The notes under the pieces are model-generated. The model saw only the letters and a list, made by a program, of their open reading frames with translations, was not told where the DNA came from and made no database searches. Source: a virus. Taken from it: a DNA stretch of 64,000 nt. The stretch is taken from positions 49,637 through 113,636 of IMG/VR virus record IMGVR_UViG_3300031673_008942. The stretch is one strand, 5' to 3'. Shown here piece by piece: positions 27,784-38,319 of this stretch (position 1 is its first letter; each line of letters begins with the position of its first letter). The translations under genes were made by a program, and so were the position numbers.

Positions 27784-28700
27784 TGGGTAGATTCATTTTT
27801 TATACAGACCCCCAACTTTCGGGGCAGACTCCGTCCCATCGAGTTGATAACTATCCTCAGGCCTTGGTGAACAAGATAGCTGAGATATATCAAGCAGCGG
27901 TGGATGAGAAGTGTGATTATCTTATTTGTGGTGGTGATTTCTTCAATTCTCATCGTATTTACAGCTATGAATTATTCAATGCATTGAAGGATATTATTGA
28001 TGGGGTAGATATTCCCACTTATATGATTATCGGACAGCATGATTTGTTTGGGTATAATAAGGGAACTTATAAGAGCAGTGCATTGGCGTTTGCAGTTAAG
28101 CATTGGGTCAATATGAATATTATTTGGGAGCCAGTTGATTTAGGCGATGTGGTATTGCATGCGAGTCATGTTTGGGAAGACCCTTACGAGAGTAAGGAAA
28201 GAGAAGTGGATGAGAGTAAGTTTAATATTTTGGTTGCCCATCATTTATTTACTGACCAAGATTTCTTTTTTGAGGTGGTGAAGACATTTGAGTATGCTCC
28301 TTCTCCTTACAATTTGGTTCTTACGGGAGACTTGCACACGGGTTATGCTCCTCATGAGGTTGAAGGGACTTGGTTTGTTAACCCTGGGGCTGTGGCTCGA
28401 CAGGCAATTAATGAAACCAAACGTATTCCAAAGTATGCTGTGATTGATGTGGTGAGTTCATCAGAGTGTAAGATAAAGGAAGTTATCATCAAATGTGTTA
28501 CATCTGGCGATGAGGCGTTTGGCGAGACCATTGCGGAGATTGCCAGGGCGCATGATGGATTTGACCCGACCAAATTTATTGAGAATATTGAAAAGTTTGA
28601 GATGGAATCTGTTGATGTCCATGAGCTTGTGCAGAACGTTGGCCGTAGTGAAGGGATTGAAAAGGATGTTTTGGATTATTTATTTGAAAAAAAATCGTGA
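27780..28700 (+). CDS. sbcD: SbcD/Mre11-like metallophosphoesterase nuclease
   Basis: 'TDPQ', 'GGDFFN', 'GQHD', 'VAHH', 'GDLH', 'NPGAVAR'. Confidence 0.85.
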   Translation: MMGRFIFYTDPQLSGQTPSHRVDNYPQALVNKIAEIYQAAVDEKCDYLICGGDFFNSHRIYSYELFNALKDIIDGVDIPTYMIIGQHDLFGYNKGTYKSSALAFAVKHWVNMNIIWEPVDLGDVVLHASHVWEDPYESKEREVDESKFNILVAHHLFTDQDFFFEVVKTFEYAPSPYNLVLTGDLHTGYAPHEVEGTWFVNPGAVARQAINETKRIPKYAVIDVVSSSECKIKEVIIKCVTSGDEAFGETIAEIARAHDGFDPTKFIENIEKFEMESVDVHELVQNVGRSEGIEKDVLDYLFEKKS

Positions 28701-28717
28701 AAAATTTTCAAAAGTTT

Positions 28718-28746
28718 TTCACAAACATGCTTTGATTAGGTATAAT
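28718..28746 (+). promoter_or_regulatory. sigma70-type promoter for the ParB-like gene
   Basis: TTCACA-N17-TATAAT; -35 overlapped by inverted repeat GTGAAAAATTTT-C-AAAAGTTTTTCAC (28697-28722). Confidence 0.65.
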
Positions 28747-28799
28747 GATTCATTGATTAGATTGACTAAACAAAAATGAACAACTGAAGGAGTTCAAAG

Positions 28800-30113
28800 A
28801 TGAGTGATGATGATGATTGGGGCGGTTTTGATGATGAAATATCTTTTGATGATGCTCCAACTGAAGTTTCAGCCAAGGCTGAACCTGCGGATGAGGTAGT
28901 AAAGACTGAAACGGTAGTATCGAATGATGAGCCTGATGTCTCATTGGATGATTTAGTGGATGAAGACAATTCTCCTGAGAAGGTTGAGGAAAAGGTTCCT
29001 GAAGTTCCTGTTGAGAAAGCTGAGAAAGCTGAGGAAAAAGCTCCTGAAGCCCCTATTGAAAAATCTAAGCCGAAGCCTAAGAAGAATGAAGGAAAGAAGG
29101 CATTTAAGCCTTTATCTAAGAAAGAGAAGTCCCTCCGTAAGATGTTGCGTCGTGCAGGATTGGATGAAGAGGGCGGTTTGCCTCCGATTGAGGAATTACT
29201 TGCAGGGAAGCAGGGTAAGAAGGTAAAGATTTCTGACATTGCTATTTTTATTAGTGATGTGGAGGATGATGTTTTAAGCGAGTTTGCTAAGAAGTGTCCT
29301 CATCGAAATCGAGTAAATTTGAGTGCCGAGGTCGAGTTGGCTCAAATTGAAAGTGTTGGAGCTAAGATATTGGGTTCTGGTCGAATGTATCAGCCTATTC
29401 AGGTAGCTAATATTTCTGATGGTGGTGCGTTGGAATGTACTAGTGGTCGTCATCGTTTAATCTTTTTAGCAATGGCTTATGGCGTGGATGAGAGTGTTCC
29501 TGTGTATATTGAGGACATGACTCTAAATGAGGCTCGTGATGCTGTTGTTTATGCAAATCAGGGTCGTAAGACGAAGGCATTGGAGCAGGCGGAACATGCT
29601 GTTCTACAAGCTATTGGTGGTAACATTGAAGCTGAGCAGGATGAGATATATCTAAAGACCATTACGAATAAGACAACGGTTAAGAAGTATTGCGTTTATA
29701 GCGTATTCGAGCGTGGACTTCCTCTGAAGTTTGCTTTCCCAGTGAGTATGACAAGTTCCCGTAAGGGTGGTGGGCTTACTACTTTGAAGGCTTTGGAAGC
29801 TTATTGGGGCTCTGCCTTGGAATGGAATAAGGGTATGGAAAGAATCGAGTTTGATGGCAAGCTGAAACAAAGTATTGAGTTTTTGAATGCTTTAGTGGAG
29901 GCTTTCCAGAAGGATGGTGCTTTTGAATCTGACCAACATATGGCTACGATGACTTTAAGTGCTATTGGCAAGTATTATCGAGAGCGTCAATCCATGGTTG
30001 GCGATTCAATGAGTCTTGTTGGTAATGTTGCTACTTCAATCATTGCTATGGGTGAGATTGGTCGCCAGAAGCATGAGGTTACTTATGAAGCCTTGGCTTC
30101 AATGATGAAGTAG
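28800..30113 (+). CDS. ParB/Srx-like domain protein with long acidic disordered N-terminus
   Basis: 'MYQPIQV...LECTSGRHRL' (GxxR box), 'VPVYI', 'AVVYANQGR'. Confidence 0.7.
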   Translation: MSDDDDWGGFDDEISFDDAPTEVSAKAEPADEVVKTETVVSNDEPDVSLDDLVDEDNSPEKVEEKVPEVPVEKAEKAEEKAPEAPIEKSKPKPKKNEGKKAFKPLSKKEKSLRKMLRRAGLDEEGGLPPIEELLAGKQGKKVKISDIAIFISDVEDDVLSEFAKKCPHRNRVNLSAEVELAQIESVGAKILGSGRMYQPIQVANISDGGALECTSGRHRLIFLAMAYGVDESVPVYIEDMTLNEARDAVVYANQGRKTKALEQAEHAVLQAIGGNIEAEQDEIYLKTITNKTTVKKYCVYSVFERGLPLKFAFPVSMTSSRKGGGLTTLKALEAYWGSALEWNKGMERIEFDGKLKQSIEFLNALVEAFQKDGAFESDQHMATMTLSAIGKYYRERQSMVGDSMSLVGNVATSIIAMGEIGRQKHEVTYEALASMMK

Positions 30114-30135
30114 GTAGTTTTCTCAGAGTTGTGCG

Positions 30136-30168
30136 AAAAGCCCCCTTCAGGCATGTTGGGGGCTTTTT
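30136..30168 (+). terminator. rho-independent terminator
   Basis: AAAAGCCCCC-N12-GGGGGCTTTTT. Confidence 0.8.
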
Positions 30169-30179
30169 AAATTAGGATT

Positions 30180-31145
30180 TTGTTTATGTATGAAGGGTTA
30201 TGGCGTTTTGATGAAGGAGAGTTTAGTTTTGATAGAGATGGCTCAACAGCTCCCATCTTACATCATATGGATTCCTTACTGGGGAGTTATTTTTTATCTG
30301 GCTATTCGGATGAGGCATTAAATATATGGGGTGACGGAAATGAGGCAAAATTTGTCGTGACCGGAATTACACCTGGGGGTGAAATCTATCACAGGGGGAT
30401 TTTGGTTTCAGAGATGGATAAGTACTCAGAGAGGATTTGTTTATCTGGTCCAATTATTGAATCTCCTTCTTTATTATCATATTTTTGTGAGAGTTATCCT
30501 AGTTCAACAATTTATGTATGCCCCCTTGTTCACGAATTGGATTCTTTTGGGGTTTGTGCTACTCATCTGAATAAAGATGGACATAAGCCATTCCGAGCAA
30601 ATTTGTATCATCCGAATTATGATGAGATTCCTGATAGTATTGAAGATATGGAATTCGATGATGGCTTAGAGGGTGATGCTTTGGGTAGAATGGCTCATAT
30701 TGTGGGGAACGGGGTGCCGGTTTTGAATGAGATACGTATTCCCGTAGGATGTTCTCCTTTTTACGGAAAGATAATTTCAGACCGTCCGCTTGGAGAGATG
30801 GGCTTTTATGCTATAAAGGGAGATTTGATTGATTTATACTTTCCTTATGAGCCAGTGAGCTTGAAGTATTATGCCTCTGCTACTGCATTTGTTGAAGTTA
30901 AAAATACTGAAAAGTTTAAGGAAGTGTCAGGATATGAGGGAGAAACTTTGTCTATTTTGAATATTTCTGATTATATCTATGATTTGCCAACTTTCATTAA
31001 ATTTTATGTATTGATTGCGAAGACTGGTTTTGTGGCAATAAATGAGTCCGAATTGATAAAAGGGAGAAAAACAGTACCTGTTTTTCGATATAATAAAGGA
31101 TATAGAGTAAATGCGAAAAGTTTAAAAAAATTGGGTGGGAAATGA
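30180..31145 (+). CDS. hypothetical protein
   Basis: 321-aa ORF; ATGA overlap with dnaE. Confidence 0.75.
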   Translation: MFMYEGLWRFDEGEFSFDRDGSTAPILHHMDSLLGSYFLSGYSDEALNIWGDGNEAKFVVTGITPGGEIYHRGILVSEMDKYSERICLSGPIIESPSLLSYFCESYPSSTIYVCPLVHELDSFGVCATHLNKDGHKPFRANLYHPNYDEIPDSIEDMEFDDGLEGDALGRMAHIVGNGVPVLNEIRIPVGCSPFYGKIISDRPLGEMGFYAIKGDLIDLYFPYEPVSLKYYASATAFVEVKNTEKFKEVSGYEGETLSILNISDYIYDLPTFIKFYVLIAKTGFVAINESELIKGRKTVPVFRYNKGYRVNAKSLKKLGGK

Positions 31146-34100
31146 GCAATCTTGAGAAGTTTTATTTTGAAAATGGAGTACCAAGGGAAGACCAGATTCT
31201 TCTTTCTAAAAATATAGTTATTACAGTTCCTGATTGTGACTTTGATTTAACTCCTGTTTTATTAAGATTGCGCCTATCTCCGTATGAGGTTGCCGTAACT
31301 TGGCCAAAGAAGGATGTCAATATGTTGGCTGAGATATGTGCTGTTAGTCCATTGTTTGTCCTTCAAGTGGGTCGGAAGTTTTTTAAGAAGTTCTCTTATA
31401 TTAATGGAGATGGAGATTGCGAAGACAGGGAATTGAGGAAGAAGTTAAAAGGTGCGTTGGCTGATATGTATGTGGGCTTGCATCATCATGATGAGTTTAG
31501 TATAAGAGATGGTCTTGGTACTGTTCACGACCTTATAGATTTATTGAAGTCTCAGCGAAGAAGTTTTTGCTGTGTGACAAATCATGGAAGTGTTGGTGGT
31601 TGGATTAAGCAATACAACGCATGTCGTAAGGCCGGGATAAAGCCTTTATTTGGGATGGAGGCATATGTAAATAATTATCGTGGTGATGACCCTGAGATGA
31701 AGAAGAAGCATCGTTCAAATAACCATCTCTTGTTGACTGCTAAAACCGAGGCTGGGTTCTACAATATTATTCGTATTCATAATGATGCTCAGCAGAATGG
31801 CTTTTATTATTCACCCAGGGCAAACTGGGGAGCTTTTGAGCAATGGGGAGATGGTATTTGCGGTACTTCAGCTTGTTTGGCGGGGGAAATTCCAAGGGCT
31901 CTTATGGATGATGACTGGGATAAGGCTGAGGAGATATATAAGTTTTATAATGAGGCGTTTGATGATTTTTACATAGAGCTTCAGATTATTGAGTTTGAGA
32001 TGCAGAGGGAGAGCAATAGGCGTTTGATTCAATTAGCTGAAAGAATTGATGCTCCAGTGGTTCTGGCATGTGATAGTCATTACTTGGAGCCAGAGCATTC
32101 GGAAACTCATGACCTTTTATTGATGATGCGACAGGGCAAGACTGTATTGGATAAAAGAGAGAAAGAGGAAGATGTCTGGAACTTTGATGTTCGTAATCTG
32201 TATTATCGGAATTCAAAGCAGATGGAAGATGTTTTTTATAATGGGTATACGGATATTGATGGTAATGAGCAACCTCCATTTAAAGATGATGTTTTTACCG
32301 AGAAGGTATTTAGAAGGGGAATGTTTAATACTCGGAAGATAGCTCTAGCAGCGGAGGATATTTCTTTAGATGACTCTATTAAGTTACCCCGTCTCTATGA
32401 CGATAGTGAGAAGATATTACGTGATAAAACGAATAAGGGATTTAAAAAGAGGGGGCTTCATCTAAAAGAAAATAAGTCTGAGTATCTTTCTCGACTAAAG
32501 CATGAATATAAGACAATTTGCAAATTAGGTTGGGCGGATTATTTCCTAGTAATGGAGAAAATCATCTCGGATGCTGATAGGGATTTCTCAGACAGGGTTG
32601 GAGAGTGGTCTATTGGTTATGGGCGTGGGTCTGCGGCAGGTAGTTTATTATCCTACTGTATCGGGCTGACTGATGTTGACCCTATTGAGCATGGGTTACT
32701 TTTTGAAAGGTTTTTGGATGAAGGGCGTTCTGACCCTCCTGATATTGATACGGATTTTCATCCTGATATTAGGGATGATGTTAAGAAGAATATTATTGAT
32801 TCATTTGGGGCGACTAATACTTGTAGTATTGGGACTTACAGCACTTATAAGACCCGTGCTGTTGTCTTGGATGTGGCGAGGACTCTCGGATTGGATGTTT
32901 ATGAGGCAAATGCTGTAACCAAGAAGCTAGACCCTTTGAGGTCTTTTAATGAAGAGGAAAGCGGAGATGGTGAGATTGTTGACGATATGTCTTTTGATGA
33001 TATCTGCTATCATTATCCCGACTTAAAGGATTATTTTGAAAAGTATCCTGAAGTGAGGTTTCATTCTGAGGTCATTCGTAATCAGATTAAGAATATGGGC
33101 AAACATGCTGGAGGGGTAATTATTAGCGACCTTGACCTTCGAGACCGTATACCTGTCTTGATGGATAAGAATGGTGATACATTGTCGGCCTGGTGTGAGT
33201 CGGGGAATGTGGCAGAGTTGAGTGCTGTTGGTTTGGTTAAATTTGATATTCTTGGTTTGAAGAATCTTCCAATTATTAGTGACTGTATTCGACTAATTGA
33301 AGAGACCACCGGAGATAAGATTAAGCGAGAAGATATTCCTACGGATGATTATAGAGCGATTAAGCAGGGTTCTCATCGTGATATGGTTGGCATTTTCCAG
33401 TTTGAGAACCCTGCAACTATGGAAATTGTAAGGGAGGTGGGCATGGAGTCGTTGAATGATGTGTCTGCTATCACTTCCCTTATTCGCCCAGGTCCGAAAG
33501 ATATGGGAATGGACATGATATATGCAAATCGTAAGAAGGGGGAGCCTTATGAAATGCCAGAATTTCTCCGAGAGCAGTTGAAGGAGACTTATGGTGTTGT
33601 CACATATCAAGAACAATGTATGCGTGTCTCTCAAGTCTTAGCCGGATTTACTCCTTCAGAGTCTAACAAATTAAGGAAGGCTATCGGTAAGAAGATACCA
33701 ACCTTAATGGCAGAGATGAAAGAGAAATTTATTAAAGGGGCTAAGGAAAGGGTTGATAAGGGCGAGATAACTCAGCAAGAGGTTGAGGATATTTGGGATA
33801 TTTTAGAAAGTTTTGCAGGATATGGTTTCAACAAATCGCATGCTTTAGCTTACAGTGTTATTACCACCATCGAGCTATGGTTGAAATATCATTACCCTAC
33901 TCAATATTTAACGTCTCTTTTATGTAATACCAAGCAGGGGGCGAAGAAGGGGTATGCGAAGAATTTGCTGACTTATTATATCAATTATTGTCGTAAGAAT
34001 CATATAGAGGTTTTGCCTCCTGATATTAATAATAGCAAGCAAGGTTTCACGATTCAAGACCATAAGATAGTGTATAGTTTTGGTCATATTAAGAATGTGG

Positions 34101-34723
34101 GGACTTCTGCTAGTGCGATTGTTGCTGCTCAGCCTTACGAGTCTATGGAGGACTTTTTTGAGAGAGCCCAGGTTGAGAGAAAGGTGAAGGATAAGGTTCG
34201 CTATCAGAAGCTAAACAAGAAAGTGGTTTTGGCTTTATGTACAGCAGGTGCTTTTGATTGTTGGGGAACTCGAAATGAGATGATGAATGAATATTTCAAA
34301 TTGCGTAATAAGAAGAATGAGGAAGCTCCAGAGTATGATGAGGATAAATGGATGGCCTTAGAGGAAGAGGCTTGTGGAATATGTTTATCAATTCCTTCAT
34401 TGCGGATGGATTATGCGGAGATGATTGAGGAGAAGAAGTGGCAGACGATTGAGCGAAGAGGCGATGTTACCCGTCCAATGGTATTTGGGCGTATTACAAA
34501 TATTAGGCCACAAACTTCAAAAAGAAGTGGTAATCAGATGTATAATTGTGAAGTGTCTGATGGTATGGATACGCTTAATTTCTATGTCTTTACGGCGGCT
34601 ATGGATAGTTGGAGGCATAATGTTAAGAGTGGTTATATTGTGGCTATACCAATGAAAAGCTTTGAAGACAGTGATACCTATTTTTATGATGATAGGCGTG
34701 AAGTAATTGTGGTAAAAAAATAA
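31142..34723 (+). CDS. dnaE: DNA polymerase III alpha subunit (DnaE-type) with N-terminal extension
   Basis: PHP 'LHHHDEFS..DG', 'CDSHY'; 'GRGSAAGSL', catalytic 'PDIDTDF', 'HAGGV', 'KFDILGL', 'YGFNKSHA', C-terminal OB fold. Confidence 0.97.
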   Translation: MSNLEKFYFENGVPREDQILLSKNIVITVPDCDFDLTPVLLRLRLSPYEVAVTWPKKDVNMLAEICAVSPLFVLQVGRKFFKKFSYINGDGDCEDRELRKKLKGALADMYVGLHHHDEFSIRDGLGTVHDLIDLLKSQRRSFCCVTNHGSVGGWIKQYNACRKAGIKPLFGMEAYVNNYRGDDPEMKKKHRSNNHLLLTAKTEAGFYNIIRIHNDAQQNGFYYSPRANWGAFEQWGDGICGTSACLAGEIPRALMDDDWDKAEEIYKFYNEAFDDFYIELQIIEFEMQRESNRRLIQLAERIDAPVVLACDSHYLEPEHSETHDLLLMMRQGKTVLDKREKEEDVWNFDVRNLYYRNSKQMEDVFYNGYTDIDGNEQPPFKDDVFTEKVFRRGMFNTRKIALAAEDISLDDSIKLPRLYDDSEKILRDKTNKGFKKRGLHLKENKSEYLSRLKHEYKTICKLGWADYFLVMEKIISDADRDFSDRVGEWSIGYGRGSAAGSLLSYCIGLTDVDPIEHGLLFERFLDEGRSDPPDIDTDFHPDIRDDVKKNIIDSFGATNTCSIGTYSTYKTRAVVLDVARTLGLDVYEANAVTKKLDPLRSFNEEESGDGEIVDDMSFDDICYHYPDLKDYFEKYPEVRFHSEVIRNQIKNMGKHAGGVIISDLDLRDRIPVLMDKNGDTLSAWCESGNVAELSAVGLVKFDILGLKNLPIISDCIRLIEETTGDKIKREDIPTDDYRAIKQGSHRDMVGIFQFENPATMEIVREVGMESLNDVSAITSLIRPGPKDMGMDMIYANRKKGEPYEMPEFLREQLKETYGVVTYQEQCMRVSQVLAGFTPSESNKLRKAIGKKIPTLMAEMKEKFIKGAKERVDKGEITQQEVEDIWDILESFAGYGFNKSHALAYSVITTIELWLKYHYPTQYLTSLLCNTKQGAKKGYAKNLLTYYINYCRKNHIEVLPPDINNSKQGFTIQDHKIVYSFGHIKNVGTSASAIVAAQPYESMEDFFERAQVERKVKDKVRYQKLNKKVVLALCTAGAFDCWGTRNEMMNEYFKLRNKKNEEAPEYDEDKWMALEEEACGICLSIPSLRMDYAEMIEEKKWQTIERRGDVTRPMVFGRITNIRPQTSKRSGNQMYNCEVSDGMDTLNFYVFTAAMDSWRHNVKSGYIVAIPMKSFEDSDTYFYDDRREVIVVKK

Positions 34724-34738
34724 ATAAAGGAGAAAAAT

Positions 34739-35089
34739 ATGATTAAGACTGGTGTCTATTTTAAGGCAAAGACTACGACAAAGGATGATGTGTTCGGAGA
34801 CTGTATCTGGAGGGTGGTAGAAGATGGCTTGATGCCTCCTGAAGAAGAGCGTCGAGAGGCCCATAGCGATGGGGTTAAATGTATTTTGATTGGTGGGACT
34901 GGACCTGCTGCTCGTCTTAAAAGGGGACTATCTCTAAGGGATAGCGTCTGGAAGATAAATATTGATATTTCTAATGGTACGACAGAGATAATCTCAGAGT
35001 CTGAGGGGAAAAAGTTTGAAGAATATTATGGAGACGATTCTAAGCCGAACCAGATTGCCGGAGGAAGTGGCATAGAAGTGGACTATTAA
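34739..35089 (+). CDS. hypothetical protein
   Basis: AAGGAG SD; 116 aa. Confidence 0.7.
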   Translation: MIKTGVYFKAKTTTKDDVFGDCIWRVVEDGLMPPEEERREAHSDGVKCILIGGTGPAARLKRGLSLRDSVWKINIDISNGTTEIISESEGKKFEEYYGDDSKPNQIAGGSGIEVDY

Positions 35090-35100
35090 GGGGGTATCTC

Positions 35101-35658
35101 ATGGATATGATTTTAGATAAGAAATTGGTAAGTTCTGATTGGTTGGATATTTGGAATATTGCCTATGGTCCCCATTATAAAGTTACTGCAAAACGTTTTG
35201 ATGGTACTTTTGAAGAGTTTGAGGATGTGAGGGGGTATGTAAAGAGTCAATCGGTTGATGCTGAAGGGCGTATTGCTTTTACGATGGAGGCCAAAAATCG
35301 CTTTAACGAGATGGTGATTCGTTATCCTTTTTATTATTTAAACAAGACCGATTTGGGTAATACTCTTTGCAGCTTTAAGAATTATAAAAATGAGATTAAT
35401 AATTCTTTCGGCATGAGCTACAGTTTATTCGCATTGGAGTGGGATAGTTGCATTATTGCCCATTACGATGGAGGCAGTATTACTATTTATCTTCTGAATA
35501 GAAAGGACTGGCAAGAGCGAGGAAGGATTGGTCATAATAATCGAGAGCTTCAGGTGTTTTTAGACCATGATGAGATTGATGTTCGGTTTGATAATATCGC
35601 TATCCTTCATGGAGGAATTCAAAATTGGCTCAGCGACTGCCTTGACAAGAAAAAGTAA
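35101..35658 (+). CDS. hypothetical protein
   Basis: 185-aa ORF in operon. Confidence 0.7.
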   Translation: MDMILDKKLVSSDWLDIWNIAYGPHYKVTAKRFDGTFEEFEDVRGYVKSQSVDAEGRIAFTMEAKNRFNEMVIRYPFYYLNKTDLGNTLCSFKNYKNEINNSFGMSYSLFALEWDSCIIAHYDGGSITIYLLNRKDWQERGRIGHNNRELQVFLDHDEIDVRFDNIAILHGGIQNWLSDCLDKKK

Positions 35659-36526
35659 TATCACGATAGTCATTTCTTTCCAGGCAGGTACTGAGGACAT
35701 TCTCGGTATCTGCTTGAATAGTATTAAGCGCCATACAGTCATGCCTCATAAGATTCTGGTTATTACACGAGATAAAGAGCTTGAGGACTTGTATAACCTA
35801 GTTAAGGGTTATGATGATATAAGAATTATGGAATTGGACATTGGAGAAGCTCCTGAAAGTGGCTCCAAGGTTCACGGCAAGATGCTTGATATGGCTATTC
35901 CTAGCGAGATAGATACTCCTTATTTTATTACTTTGGATTCTGATTGTTTCCCTGTGGCTGATGGGTGGCTTGATTATCTATTCAGTCTGAAAAAGGATTG
36001 TGTTGGTATTCTTCATCCGTGGGAGCCTCCTCCTGACTCTTTAGATAAGAGTACTATTGAATATCGAGTGCGGTATCAGCATTCTTTTAATATGACCCAT
36101 GTGGCGTGTCAGATGTTGTCAGTAGATTTGTTTAATGAGTTGTATGTGCCCTTTAATGGCGGAGATGATACGGGATTGATGATTCCTAATAAGGTTTTGT
36201 CTAAAGGTTTGAAGATTGGGGGTTTGAAAATAAGCAGATGTCCTTATCCGTTGGCTGAATTAGACCCTGAGTTTAATCGTTATATGGGGTTGGTGTTTGG
36301 GGATATGATTTATCATCATGGTGGGTGGACAAGAGTTAGTGTTTTTGGAGATTCTCCTGTTTGGGAACAAAATTATGGATGGGTTAAGGATAGGATTATA
36401 GAAGAAGATGGGGCTGAGTGGATTTTAGAGGATGGTTATGAGTTCCAGTTTGACAAGGAGGAGGAGGTAGCAAAGGAAAAGATGGATAGGTTGTTTGGGT
36501 TACGGTCTCAATTAATGAAGGGATGA
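35642..36526 (+). CDS. GT-A glycosyltransferase (paralog group A)
   Basis: 'TLDSDCFP' DxD; start placed at TTG 35642 by alignment with paralog 36671. Confidence 0.75.
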   Translation: MTRKSNITIVISFQAGTEDILGICLNSIKRHTVMPHKILVITRDKELEDLYNLVKGYDDIRIMELDIGEAPESGSKVHGKMLDMAIPSEIDTPYFITLDSDCFPVADGWLDYLFSLKKDCVGILHPWEPPPDSLDKSTIEYRVRYQHSFNMTHVACQMLSVDLFNELYVPFNGGDDTGLMIPNKVLSKGLKIGGLKISRCPYPLAELDPEFNRYMGLVFGDMIYHHGGWTRVSVFGDSPVWEQNYGWVKDRIIEEDGAEWILEDGYEFQFDKEEEVAKEKMDRLFGLRSQLMKG

Positions 36527-36687
36527 ATTTCACGAATCATAAAACGGAATATTTGATGGAGATGCTTAAAGCAATTAATTCGAGCAGGCATCCATTTGTA
36601 AGCAGGAAGAGCGATATAATAAAAGAATTGAAAAGGAGAGTGCCTCCAGGGTGCCTATTGGTGACGAATAATGAAAGACAAAACTGA
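36523..36687 (+). CDS. 54-aa ORF filling the gap between the paralogous GTs
   Basis: ATGA overlap with upstream stop; MNFTNHKTEYLMEMLK...ERQN*; not in the ORF track. Confidence 0.4.
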   Translation: MNFTNHKTEYLMEMLKAINSSRHPFVSRKSDIIKELKRRVPPGCLLVTNNERQN

Positions 36688-37594
36688 TGTAATAATAGCT
36701 TATAGCAATGGAACGGCAGATATGTTGGATATTTGCTTGTCTAACCTATTTAAATATACCGATGAAGAAGAGATTGAGGTTGTAATCGTTCATGATGAGA
36801 GAGAAGATTTTGATGCTTTAGTGGATGATTATTCGGTATCTGTAAAAAGCTATCCTGTATCTGAAAGGGGTTTAAGTGGGGCGAAGGCTCATGGAACCCT
36901 TATAGATGCTGCGGTGGCTGATACTTCTAATGCTTACATACTTACATTGGACTCTGACTGTTTCCCTATTGCTACGGGGTGGTTGGATTGTTTGCATAGT
37001 TTTATCTGTGAGAGTATGGGAGATACGCCAGTGTCTGGTATCTGCCATCCTTGGGCTCCTCCTCCTGAAGAATTAAAGAAAAGTCATATTGAATGGCGTA
37101 TTCGGTCAGGACATTGTTGGCTTAATACTCATGTGGCTTGCCAATTGGTTCTAAGGTCTTTCTTAGAGGATAATGGGTTAAAGTATTGTGCTGGCGATGA
37201 TACTGGTTTGGAAATTCCCATGAAGGCTCGTGAGATGGGTTTTGATGTGGGTATAATGCTGCCAACAAATTGTGTTCTGCCTAATGGGGAATATGTGAAA
37301 AGATTCAATCCAGAGCTTAATCGTCATGTTGGTATAATTTGGGGTGACTATATTTATCACCATGGTGGGGTTACCAGGAAGGTGAATGATTGTACTGTTG
37401 ATATGGAGACTGTATTCTCGAATGCTCTGGAGCAGGTAGTTAAGAGACGTGGGGCTGCTTGGCTGCATGATGAGAAGGAAAGTTCTCATTGGTATACTTT
37501 TGAGAATGAAGAAGCTGTGGCAGATTATAAGATGGAGTTAATGAAGCCTCAGATAATTAACTATTTAACTAATAATCAGAGTTTATTTAAATGA
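36671..37594 (+). CDS. GT-A glycosyltransferase (paralog group A)
   Basis: 'TLDSDCFP', 'HPWAPPP', 'THVACQ', 'GDDTGL' shared with 35642..36526. Confidence 0.75.
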   Translation: MKDKTDVIIAYSNGTADMLDICLSNLFKYTDEEEIEVVIVHDEREDFDALVDDYSVSVKSYPVSERGLSGAKAHGTLIDAAVADTSNAYILTLDSDCFPIATGWLDCLHSFICESMGDTPVSGICHPWAPPPEELKKSHIEWRIRSGHCWLNTHVACQLVLRSFLEDNGLKYCAGDDTGLEIPMKAREMGFDVGIMLPTNCVLPNGEYVKRFNPELNRHVGIIWGDYIYHHGGVTRKVNDCTVDMETVFSNALEQVVKRRGAAWLHDEKESSHWYTFENEEAVADYKMELMKPQIINYLTNNQSLFK

Positions 37595-38319
37595 TAAAGT
37601 TGGCACGGGGCGATTGCCTAGAGAAGATGAAAGGTATCCCTGACGGTAAAATAGATATGGTCTTATGCGACCCTCCTTATGGGGTGACTAGTTGCAAGTG
37701 GGATTCGGTTATACCGTTGGCCCCAATGTGGAGAGAACTAAAAAGAGTGGTTAAGCCGAGTGGGGCGATTGTTTTACATGCTTCACAGCCTTTTACAACG
37801 ACTTTGGTGGGTTCTAATAAGGAGATGTTCAAATATGGATGGATATGGCTCAAGAATGTTCCTACGGGAATGGCGCAGGCATCTTATCAGCCTATGAAGT
37901 ATCATGAAGAATTATTAGTGTTTGTTCAGTCTGGGAAGCCTACTTTTAACAAGCAGATGATTGAGCGTGAGGGGGAACGTAAGGATTGTTATCGTTATGA
38001 GCATTATTGTGGTGAGAACAATCATGTAAAGATGGATAAAGTGAAGAAACATTATGACCCAGACTTTGTTAATCCTGGTACAGTGTTGCTTTTCAATTGT
38101 GTTCCGAATAGAAAGGGGAAATTACATCCGGTTGAGAAACCAGTTCCCTTGTTGGAATATATGATTAAGACCTATACCAATGAAGGGGATGTTGTTTTAG
38201 ATTTTGCAATGGGTAGCGGTTCTACGGGAGTTGCTGCTGTGGGGAATAATAGAAGCTTTATTGGTATAGAATTAGATGATGAATATTTTAAGATAGCAAA
38301 AGAGAGGATAAGTCCATGA
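37591..38319 (+). CDS. beta-class N4-C/N6-A DNA methyltransferase
   Basis: 'GDCLE', 'DPPYG', 'HPVEKP', 'VLDFAMGSGSTG', 'GIELD'. Confidence 0.93.
   Translation: MIKLARGDCLEKMKGIPDGKIDMVLCDPPYGVTSCKWDSVIPLAPMWRELKRVVKPSGAIVLHASQPFTTTLVGSNKEMFKYGWIWLKNVPTGMAQASYQPMKYHEELLVFVQSGKPTFNKQMIEREGERKDCYRYEHYCGENNHVKMDKVKKHYDPDFVNPGTVLLFNCVPNRKGKLHPVEKPVPLLEYMIKTYTNEGDVVLDFAMGSGSTGVAAVGNNRSFIGIELDDEYFKIAKERISP

Noticed and set aside
28687-28779. Frameshift at the A8 run ending sbcD
   Set aside because: The overlapping ORF is short, does not reach the next gene, and there is no GC-rich stimulatory stem; the region is better explained as a promoter.
31142-34723. Inteins or introns in DnaE, DnaB or RecA
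   Set aside because: Motif spacing and lengths are normal; no intein blocks seen.
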